A stretch of DNA of 62,810 nucleotides, the filler included. It is 4 parts of 4 records of this genome, joined end to end, with 100 filler letters (N's around TTAATTAATTAA, not from the genome) between each part and the next. Parts side by side here need not be neighbours in the genome. Positions count along the whole stretch, not along the records: positions 20,452 to 29,996 come from DRR723986_8141; positions 30,097 to 37,817 come from DRR723986_8146; 2 more parts are not named here. One strand, given 5' to 3'. The notes below the pieces were generated by a model, which searched no databases, had not been told where the DNA came from, and was given only the letters and a program-made list of their open reading frames with translations. The number at the start of each line of letters is the position of its first letter. Positions within the stretch are counted from its first letter, which is position 1. A program made the translations under genes and the position numbers. This document shows, piece by piece, positions 22,329 to 30,358 of the stretch.

Positions 22329-22351
22329 ATCTGCAACGGGAAATTCAGATC

Positions 22352-23668
22352 ATGATCAGTCAGGAATTGAATGACAGCCTTACACGGGTTGGCCCGGGCA
22401 CAGATGCCGGGCGGGTGTTGCGCGAGTATTGGCAACCCGCGGCCCTGTCAGACGAGCTGATGGTGCCGCGCCCGGTTGTGCCCGTGACACTGCTGGGGGA
22501 ACGGCTGGTGCTGTTTCGTGACGAAACCGGTGCACTGGGCCTGATTGGGCGGCATTGCCCGCATCGCGGGGCCGATTTGTGCTTTGGCCGGCTAGAAGAT
22601 AACGGCCTACGCTGCCCGTTTCATGGCTGGCATTTCGACCGTAGCGGCCAATGCATCGAACAACCCGGCGAGCCCGAAGGCTCGCGTATGCACGAAAACA
22701 TCCGCGCCACATCCTACCCTGTGGTTGAAAAGAACGGGATCATCTGGGCCTATATGGGCCGAGGCACCCCGCCCGCTTTTCCAAGTTTCGATTGTTTCCG
22801 CGCGCCTGACACCCATGTATTTGCCTTCAAAGGGCTTTGGGAATGCAACTGGCTGCAGGCAATGGAGGTGGGTATCGACCCTGCGCATGCATCTTTTTTG
22901 CACCGTTTTCTCCAAGATGAAGACCCCGCCGACAGCTATGGCAAACAGTTCCGCGACAAAGCGGGCAATACCGAAATACCCATGACCAAGCTGTTACGCG
23001 ATTACCCGCGGCCTGAAATTCGCGTAGCTGAAACCGACTACGGCCTGAAACTGACCGCGCTGCGCAAAATGGACGATGGCCGCACCCATGTGCGTGTGAC
23101 CAACCAGATCTTCCCCGAGACAATTTGCATACCGATGAGCCGCGAGATGACCATCACCCAATGGCATGTGCCCATCGATGATACGCATTGCTATTGGTAT
23201 GCGATGTTCACCAGCTTTGGCAAACCCGTAGACAAGGCCGTGATGCGCGAACAGCGCCTTAAAGAACACCGCCTGCCAGATTATGCGCCGCTGAAAAATG
23301 CGCGCAACAATTACGGCTACAATCCCGAAGAACAACAGCGCGAAACCTACACGGGCATGGGGCTAGACATTAACGTGCACGATCAGTGGGCAGTTGAAAG
23401 CATGGGCGCCATTCAGGATCGCACACAGGAACATCTGGGCAAAACCGATATCGGCCTGATCCGGTATCGCCGTATGTTGCGCGCCGCGATTGAAAACGCC
23501 CGCGCAGGCAATTTCAGCGCGTTGCCCATGTGCAACGGTGTTGATCTGGCCTCTCTTTACGGGCCACTCTCAAACGACGCCATCGCAGCCAACGATAATT
23601 GGGAGAGCGCGAATGCCACTACCGATGCGGAACGCCGGGCAAACTGCCCATGGGATGCAAAGGTTTGA
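22352..23668 (+). CDS. Rieske non-heme iron oxygenase alpha subunit (phthalate 4,5-dioxygenase/LigX-like)
   Basis: Rieske CPHRGA...CPFHGW; mononuclear Fe motif DPAHASFLH; HDQWAVESMG; start taken at MISQELN. Confidence 0.92.
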   Translation: MISQELNDSLTRVGPGTDAGRVLREYWQPAALSDELMVPRPVVPVTLLGERLVLFRDETGALGLIGRHCPHRGADLCFGRLEDNGLRCPFHGWHFDRSGQCIEQPGEPEGSRMHENIRATSYPVVEKNGIIWAYMGRGTPPAFPSFDCFRAPDTHVFAFKGLWECNWLQAMEVGIDPAHASFLHRFLQDEDPADSYGKQFRDKAGNTEIPMTKLLRDYPRPEIRVAETDYGLKLTALRKMDDGRTHVRVTNQIFPETICIPMSREMTITQWHVPIDDTHCYWYAMFTSFGKPVDKAVMREQRLKEHRLPDYAPLKNARNNYGYNPEEQQRETYTGMGLDINVHDQWAVESMGAIQDRTQEHLGKTDIGLIRYRRMLRAAIENARAGNFSALPMCNGVDLASLYGPLSNDAIAANDNWESANATTDAERRANCPWDAKV

Positions 23669-23674
23669 CCAGAG

Positions 23675-25126
23675 ATGAGCGCTGACATTGCCACCGGGGC
23701 GCTGGCACAGCGCGGCTTGCTGGATGCTGGGGCCGTTTTGGCCGCCGAAGAGCTGCTTGTGCGGTTTGCCAAAGACGGTCTTGAAACCATCCGCGTGCTG
23801 TTTGTGGATCAACACGGGCAGCTACGCGGGAAAACCCTGGTGGCAGCTGCCTTGGCAAGTGTTTTGCGTTCAGGCATGGCGGTTCCGTCTACGCTGCTGC
23901 TGAAAGATACATCCCACCGCACTGTATTTCCCGTCTGGTCGCCCGATGCAGGCATTGCATCGGGCCCGATGCAGGGGGCGAATGATATTTTGCTGGTGCC
24001 AGATGCTACAACGTTTCGCCGCCTGCCATGGTCGCCGCATTCTGCCTGGCTGTTGGCAAGGCCTGTGCATCGATCTGGTGCAGCCATTCCCTTTTCGCCT
24101 GATGCGGTGCTGCGCCGCGCCACCGAGGCGTTGGCCGATCTTGGGCTAGAGGCGTGTTTCGGCCTCGAGGTTGAATTTCATGTCTTCGAAAGGTTAGATG
24201 CTGCGCTAGAGCATGCCGACACAACCATGCCAGCACGCCCCCCAATGACCCGGGCGCTGACCCAAGGGTATCAATTCCTAACCGAAACCCGCTATGGAGC
24301 GGCCGAACAGATGCTCGACGAGCTGCGGCGCATGGCGCAGGGGCTGGGCCTGGCTGTGCGATCGGTCGAGATCGAGATGGGGCCGTCGCAATTCGAATTT
24401 ACCTTTGAACCAGGCCCTGCTGCAGAACAAGCCGATGGGCTGGTGATGTTTCGCACCATGGTGAAAGAGATCTGCGCTGCCCGCGGCCTACACGCCAGTT
24501 TCATGACCAAGCCGCGTTTGGATAATATCGCGGCAAACGGCTGGCATATTCATCAATCGGTGATCGAAACCGCCACAGGCCGTAACCTGATGGTGCCCGA
24601 GCAGCCGGATAAATTGCCCGCCACGGCCTCGGCGTGGATTGCGGGTTTGCTTGACCATGCCGGGGAAAGTGCGCTGCTTACCGCGCCCAGCGTGAACAGT
24701 TACAAACGCTATGCCCCCTTCCAGCTGGCCCCCAATCGCGTGCAATGGGGCATGGATAATCGCGGCGCAATGGTGCGCGCGCTATTGGCGGTGGGCGATG
24801 CGGCCAGCCGTGTGGAAAACCGCGCGCCCGACCCAATGGCAACGCCGCATTATGCGTTTGCGGCGCAAATCTTGTCGGGCGTTTCTGGCCTGCGCCGCGC
24901 AGCACTGCCGCCACCAGCCAGCGAAAACCCCTATGGTGGCGATGCGCCCTTACTGCCGGCAAATCTTGGGGCGGCGATCGCGGCATTTTCCGCATCTCGC
25001 ATGTATCGCGACACGCTGGGCGATGAGGTGGTCGATTACCTGTGCCGCCTGAAACAGGCAGAATGGGAGCGGTATTTATCGGCAATTTCCGAATGGGAGC
25101 AGGCAGAATATTTCGGGCTGTTTTGA
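23675..25126 (+). CDS. Glutamine synthetase-family protein (probable gamma-glutamyl ligase)
   Basis: GQLRGK, GLEVEF, EMGPSQFE, NGWHIHQS, NRGAMVR, RVENR; 6 bp after the Rieske gene. Confidence 0.9.
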   Translation: MSADIATGALAQRGLLDAGAVLAAEELLVRFAKDGLETIRVLFVDQHGQLRGKTLVAAALASVLRSGMAVPSTLLLKDTSHRTVFPVWSPDAGIASGPMQGANDILLVPDATTFRRLPWSPHSAWLLARPVHRSGAAIPFSPDAVLRRATEALADLGLEACFGLEVEFHVFERLDAALEHADTTMPARPPMTRALTQGYQFLTETRYGAAEQMLDELRRMAQGLGLAVRSVEIEMGPSQFEFTFEPGPAAEQADGLVMFRTMVKEICAARGLHASFMTKPRLDNIAANGWHIHQSVIETATGRNLMVPEQPDKLPATASAWIAGLLDHAGESALLTAPSVNSYKRYAPFQLAPNRVQWGMDNRGAMVRALLAVGDAASRVENRAPDPMATPHYAFAAQILSGVSGLRRAALPPPASENPYGGDAPLLPANLGAAIAAFSASRMYRDTLGDEVVDYLCRLKQAEWERYLSAISEWEQAEYFGLF

Positions 25127-25389
25127 CATGCCCGCGTGAAAGCCCAGGCAACACAGCAAAAGGCTGTCAGTGGTCTTTTCAGAGGAACTTTGCTTAAGTT
25201 GGGGCAGGGGGCGTATAGCGTCTGGTTATGACCAAACGCTTGCCTTCAAATCTTTCAAAACCAGTCCTGAGATAATCCAACCTCGCGATAATCCAGCCCC
25301 CTTAAACACCGCGCCCGCCTGATATTGCCAGGATGGGCGCGCACAATCGGCCAGCTGCATCTGGTTCACGGATAAGGCCCAGATCTGCA

Positions 25390-25854
25390 TACTAAAAGTG
25401 ACCGAGATCAGAGCGCTGGTGATGGCGTTGTTAATCATTATACATCAATTCTAAAGGCACTGTGCTTCGGCAGGGCGATCGCATTGCAGAGATCATGCCT
25501 GCGCTAGACAGGCTGGTTGTTGAGGCGTTCGTTGACCCCAAAGACATTGCTCAGACCGAGCCGGGGCAAAAAGAGCGCATAAGTTTAACCGCGTATGATC
25601 CGACGAAATAAGGCTACATTGATAGTACACTGGGCAAGGTATCGGTGGATGCCGTCTCCAACGAAGAAACCAGAGCCTTGATGTACGCCACAACGATCGA
25701 AACAGAAACGCAAACTAAAAACTCTGATGGTACAGTTGTGACGATCTTGCCGGGAATGATTGCACAAACGAATATTATTCGCGGCAGCCGCACAATCCTC
25801 GAGTATTTTTGGCATCCGTTGGCGAAGATTAAGGATGATGTATTTCGTGAGTGA
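25390..25854 (+). pseudogene. HlyD-family type I secretion adaptor, degraded C-terminal fragment
   Basis: Reads IAEIMP..RLVVEAFVDPKDIA..GQ..ISLTAYD then in-frame TAA (25609-25611), then ILPGMIAQTNIIRGSRTILEYFWHPL. Frameshifted and truncated upstream. Confidence 0.8.
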
Positions 25855-26024
25855 TTTGGTTCTGATGCAACAGAGCCTAGGCAGTTTAAAGGATGTTATT
25901 CAAGTTTTAGGTTGCTGTATATTCAACAGAGTTCGACAAAAGTTTAATCCTGCCCCCGCAACCAAATTCCTGGAAAACGATCGATAACACGCACACCTCT
26001 ATTGGTGCGGGTTTTCGCCGTTTT

Positions 26025-26115
26025 TCGCAGATCAAGAGCCGCCTGCGCCACCGCAACGCCCCGCTCTGCCAGCACCTTAACGACCTCAAATTTGACCACG
26101 TCGCTGAACCGGTTT
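26025..26115 (-). pseudogene. IS3-family orfA remnant
   Basis: RFSDVVKFEVVKVLAERGVAVAQAALDL resembles the N-terminal HTH of IS3 OrfA; no orfB follows. Confidence 0.65.
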
Positions 26116-26244
26116 TGCGGTGACGTTTGTTTCTCTCTCCTTGCTTCCCAAATTACCAAGCAATGCGTTTACAAATCTAGGGGCGCCAGTCTACGGCTTA
26201 TTCCGTAATGCCCTGATGCGGCTTTTCGGGGGTCACAGCCGCGA

Positions 26245-28527
26245 TCAGGTGCCTTTGCTGGGGCGATCAGGGCCATCTGCAGGCAAGGCGCGCAGGTCAA
26301 CCAATGCCGTATGTGCGCTACACCCTTGGCCCAGCCGCGATGTGCCCACGTCTTTGGTTAGCACATTGGGGTTGCCATGTGGGTCTGCTGCGCAGCCGGG
26401 GTCGCCATACCAGGCGCCGGTGGGCAGGGCCACAACATTGGGGTGAATATCGGTGCTTATCTTGGCGCGGGCCATGGCGGTGCCGCGGGCGTTGAACACG
26501 TGCACCAAATCCCCCGTTTTGATGCCACGCTCAGCCGCATTATCGGGGTGGATCAGCACAGTTTCGGGCCGTGCACCGGGCTGGTCTGCCAATGCCGCCT
26601 CGAGCTGGCTGTGCAGCTTGTCGCCGGGTTGTGGTGAAATCAGGTGCAAAGGTGCCTGCGCGGTGGCGGCGCCCAGCCATTCGCTGGGGGGCAGCCACAC
26701 CGGGTGGCCGGGGCAATCGTCGTAGTGAAAACTGGCGATGGTTTCAGAGAAAATCTCGATCTTGCCCGATGGCGTGCCCAATGCGTGGGTTTCGGGGGCC
26801 TCGCGGAAGGGGGCGAAAAAACTGCGGTTCGGCCCCTGTGCCTGAATGGGCAGTTTCACCCAGTTTTGGGCTTTCAAGCTGGCCAGATCTGGCACCTCGA
26901 TACCCTGCGCTGCGGCAAGGCTGCGGTATTCATCATAAAGCGCTGGTATCCATTGTGCCGAACTGCGCCCGCCGGTAAACACCTCGTCTGCGCCAAGCCG
27001 GGCGGCAAGCCCTGCAAAAATATCGTAATCGTCGCGTGCCTCGTGCAGCGGCGCGATCAGCTGCGGCATGAAGAACAAATACTCATCCATATTCGAGCGG
27101 CCGATATCCTCGCGCTCGTACGGGGTGGTGGCGGGAAAGACGATATCGGCACGCTTGGCGGTGGCTGTCCACCATGGCTCGTTCACGATGATGGTTTCGG
27201 GGGCCTTCCACGCCTCGTGCAATGCGTTCAGATCTTGGTGGTGGTGATAGGGGTTGCCACCTGCCCAGTAAATCAGCCGGATATCTGGATAGGTATCGCG
27301 CTGGCCGTTGAAATCATAAGGCTGGCCCGGGTTGCGCAGCATGTCGCCAATGCGCGCCACGGGAATGGTTTTTTGCACCGGGTTTTCAAATTGCGAGAAT
27401 GTCATGCCGCGCAGGCCAATCAGCGATTTGCCCACACCGCCAATGGCCCCATAGCCATAGCCCACCCCGCCGCCGGGCAAGCCGATTTGCCCCAGCATTG
27501 CCGCCAGCACCGCCGACATCCAATAGGGCTGTTCGCCATGTTCGGCGCGTTGCAAAGACCAGGCAACCGTGATCAGCGTGCGCGTTGATGCCATGCGCCG
27601 GGCCAAGGCGCGTATGGTTTGCGCGCCAACGCCGCAGATCTCGGCGGCCCATTCCGGGGTTTTGGGCTGGCCATCTGCCGTGCCCATCAGGTAGGGGCGA
27701 AACTGTGCAAACCCAACGGTATAGCGATCAAGAAACGCGTGGTTTGTCAGACCTTCGGTTTCCAGCACATAGGCCAGCGCCAGCATCAGCGCGGTATCGG
27801 TGGCCGGGCGCAGCGCCAGCCAGTCGCAGCCTTGTGGTGCATCGTGGCGCTGGGGGGCGATGTTGATGCAGGTCATGCCCTTTTGTGCAAAGCGTTCAAA
27901 CCACGTGGCGGTGGCGTGTTCGGTGATACCGCCCATGCTGACTTGGGCGTTTTTCGGGTTGATACCCCCAAACATAACCAGCGTTTCGGTATGTTCGGCA
28001 ATGGTGTGAAAGCCGTCTTGGTGCTCGTACAGCAGCTTTAGGAAGTTCACGCCAAAGACATGGGGCATGATCGCCTGCGCGCAGCCCGTGGAATAGCTGC
28101 CAAACGAGGCAACATAGCCCCCGATACTGTTTAAAAAGCGATGCACCTGGCTTTGAGCATGGTGAAAGCGGCCGGCCGAACTCCACCCATATGAGCCACC
28201 AAAAATGGCCTCGTTGCCATGGTTGTCGCGGATGCGGTCAATTTCTTGGGCGGCAATATCTAGTGCCTCGTCCCAGGGCAGGGCCACATAATCGTCGTGC
28301 CCGCGCCCGCTGCGATCGCGCCGCTCTAGCCAGCCGCGGCGAAACGAAGGGCGCGCCACGCGGGCCTTGTGGTAAACCGCCTGCGGCACAATCTGCGCTA
28401 TGGTGGGTGGGTTTGGGTCGTGTTGAAAGGGCCTGGTGGCAATGATTTTGCCGTTCTCGACATCTACCTCGAAGGCCCCCCAGTGACTGGTTGTAACCTT
28501 GGTGGTCTTTGCTGGTGTATTCGCCAC
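26245..28527 (-). CDS. DMSO-reductase-family bis-MGD molybdoenzyme (BisC/TorA/DorA clade, no export signal)
   Basis: TTSHWG, GSYGWSSAGRFHHAQ, YSTGCAQ (Ser Mo-ligand region), WAGGNPYHHHQD, LHSQL. Confidence 0.92.
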   Translation of the reverse strand: MANTPAKTTKVTTSHWGAFEVDVENGKIIATRPFQHDPNPPTIAQIVPQAVYHKARVARPSFRRGWLERRDRSGRGHDDYVALPWDEALDIAAQEIDRIRDNHGNEAIFGGSYGWSSAGRFHHAQSQVHRFLNSIGGYVASFGSYSTGCAQAIMPHVFGVNFLKLLYEHQDGFHTIAEHTETLVMFGGINPKNAQVSMGGITEHATATWFERFAQKGMTCINIAPQRHDAPQGCDWLALRPATDTALMLALAYVLETEGLTNHAFLDRYTVGFAQFRPYLMGTADGQPKTPEWAAEICGVGAQTIRALARRMASTRTLITVAWSLQRAEHGEQPYWMSAVLAAMLGQIGLPGGGVGYGYGAIGGVGKSLIGLRGMTFSQFENPVQKTIPVARIGDMLRNPGQPYDFNGQRDTYPDIRLIYWAGGNPYHHHQDLNALHEAWKAPETIIVNEPWWTATAKRADIVFPATTPYEREDIGRSNMDEYLFFMPQLIAPLHEARDDYDIFAGLAARLGADEVFTGGRSSAQWIPALYDEYRSLAAAQGIEVPDLASLKAQNWVKLPIQAQGPNRSFFAPFREAPETHALGTPSGKIEIFSETIASFHYDDCPGHPVWLPPSEWLGAATAQAPLHLISPQPGDKLHSQLEAALADQPGARPETVLIHPDNAAERGIKTGDLVHVFNARGTAMARAKISTDIHPNVVALPTGAWYGDPGCAADPHGNPNVLTKDVGTSRLGQGCSAHTALVDLRALPADGPDRPSKGT

Positions 28528-28719
28528 GATCTGCCCCTTTGCCCCGCCGCAGCATTCAGCCTAGCGCAGGGCACGCGCGATGCAAAGCACCTGATGCAGC
28601 GCTTTTGCCAGTGCCGCAATCATGGGCTGGTGATCTGCCCGCTGCGGGGTATTCTGGCTGCGGCGTGCCCGGCCAGGCCCGTGGGCCAATGCAACCCTTT
28701 TTTCCAGATAGGCAGTTTT

Positions 28720-29832
28720 ATGAACCGTATCGATCTTACCAGACCCGACGCACCCGAATTGGCGGCATTTGGCCCGCATGCTGTGGGGGTTGAAACGCTG
28801 CATTTGATCAACCCGGATCAGATCGATGTTTTGGCCACGCCGCCGCAAAAATATGATCGGCCTTTATGCGTAGAGCTGTGGTTTCCCTGCCTGGCTGATA
28901 CCGGTGCCGTGCAGCCCTATCGCGCCTGCCTGCGCGATGGGCATACATGGGCCGATCTGCATGGCGCGGCCCGGCGCGGCGCCACCCAGATGCCGGGCGA
29001 TTTCCCTTTGGTGATCTTGTCGCATGGCTATCCGGGCAACCGGTATCTGATGAGCCACCTGGCAGAAAAGCTGGCATCGCGCGGCTATGTTGTGGCCGCG
29101 ATCGACCATACCGACAGCACCTATGACGCCCAGCGTGGCTTTGCCTCGACCTTGGTGAACCGCCCGAAAGACACCGCCTTTGTGCGCCATGCGTTAAGCG
29201 CGCGTGCCGATGTGTCGCGCTATGCGATCATCGGCTATTCGATGGGGGGCTATGGGGCCTTGGTTTCGGCAGGGGCGGGGGTGTCTGAGCGGGCCACAAA
29301 GGCCGAATATGCGCCGCCTGCACCCCATTGGCAGGTGCATCAGGCCCCGATAGTAGACCCTGGGTTAAAGGCCATTATCGCCATCGGCCCATGGGGGCGG
29401 CAGGTGGGGCTGTGGCAGGCCGAAGGGCTTGCCAAAATATCGGTGCCAATGATGCTGATGGCCGGCAGCAAAGATCACGTTTCGGGCTATGAAAAAGGCA
29501 TGCGCCGGATTTTTGACGAAGCCACCGGCACCGAGCGGCATTTGCTAACCTTTCAAAACGCGGGCCATAATGCAGCAGCCCCCATACCCGCCCCAACCCA
29601 GGCCTGGGCGCGCTCGGCCCATCTGGATTTCACCCCGTTCGAACATTACGCCGACCCGGTCTGGGACACGCTTGCAATGAACAATATCGCACAGCACGCC
29701 GCAGTGGCCTTTCTGGGCCAGCACCTGCAGGGCCAGCACGAATTTGCCCCCTATCTGACAGGCGATTTCCAAGGCTTTGCCCCCGGCACCGATGTGGGCC
29801 TAACCTGGGAAATTGCGCCCCGCTCGATATAA
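28720..29832 (+). CDS. Alpha/beta hydrolase (dienelactone hydrolase / PAF-acetylhydrolase-like)
   Basis: ILSHGYPG, GYSMGG nucleophile elbow, GSKD, AGHN; start taken at MNRID. Confidence 0.88.
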   Translation: MNRIDLTRPDAPELAAFGPHAVGVETLHLINPDQIDVLATPPQKYDRPLCVELWFPCLADTGAVQPYRACLRDGHTWADLHGAARRGATQMPGDFPLVILSHGYPGNRYLMSHLAEKLASRGYVVAAIDHTDSTYDAQRGFASTLVNRPKDTAFVRHALSARADVSRYAIIGYSMGGYGALVSAGAGVSERATKAEYAPPAPHWQVHQAPIVDPGLKAIIAIGPWGRQVGLWQAEGLAKISVPMMLMAGSKDHVSGYEKGMRRIFDEATGTERHLLTFQNAGHNAAAPIPAPTQAWARSAHLDFTPFEHYADPVWDTLAMNNIAQHAAVAFLGQHLQGQHEFAPYLTGDFQGFAPGTDVGLTWEIAPRSI

Positions 29833-29890
29833 GCCCTGGTTGGCTGAGGGTGGTGTAACAGTGTAACGGCTGGCGCGATGCTGTTGCCAC

Positions 29891-29915
29891 AAAAAAGCCC
29901 CCGAAAGCGGGGGGC
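29891..29915 (-). terminator. Intrinsic terminator downstream of tRNA-Ser
   Basis: GC-rich hairpin GCCCCC...GGGGGC followed by TTTTTT on the minus strand. Confidence 0.8.
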
Positions 29916-29939
29916 CAATTTTCAGTGCCGATGCAATTA

Positions 29940-29996
29940 TGGCGGAGACGATGGGATTCGAACCCACGAGACCCTTCCGGGCCTACTCCCTTAGCA
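29940..29996 (-). tRNA. tRNA-Ser(GCT), 3' half (cut by contig end)
   Basis: Minus strand TGCTAA anticodon loop, long variable arm GGCCCGGAAGGGTCT, GGTTCGAATCC T-arm, GCCA 3' end. Confidence 0.9.
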
Positions 29997-30096
29997 NNNN
30001 NNNNNNNNNNNNNNNNNNNNNNNNNNNNNNNNNNNNNNNNTTAATTAATTAANNNNNNNNNNNNNNNNNNNNNNNNNNNNNNNNNNNNNNNNNNNN
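29997..30096. other. Artificial contig linker
   Basis: N44-TTAATTAATTAA-N44. Confidence 0.99.
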
Positions 30097-30261
30097 GGGT
30101 CGAGCCCTTAGGGCTGGATCCGGTGGACTTGAAGTCTGAATTCAAGAGATTTCCAGGTAACATCCACTCAAACAATCCACAATTATTCAGACCAACTCCT
30201 CCGGTTGAAATTCTACCCCTCCGTCCCCAGTCGTCAGTCATTGGACGCAAAGGATGGAAAC

Positions 30262-30298
30262 AAAAAACGCCGCTGAGTCAGTGACTCAGCGGCGTTTT
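30262..30298 (-). terminator. Intrinsic (possibly bidirectional) terminator after the E1 gene
   Basis: Perfect inverted repeat AAAACGCCGCTGAGTCA-G-TGACTCAGCGGCGTTTT with T tracts on both strands. Confidence 0.85.
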
Positions 30299-30358
30299 AA
30301 CATTTTAGGTTCAGAGACCTGGCTCTCAGTTATGAACCCTGAACCAAACTTTGATCGC

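Noticed and set aside
28369-28719. 117-aa N-terminal extension of the hydrolase ORF
   Set aside because: Overlaps the divergent molybdoenzyme start; family-like sequence begins at ATG 28720
29940-29996. Partial tRNA as a prophage/island att site
   Set aside because: Truncation coincides with the contig end, it has its own terminator, and no integrase is nearby
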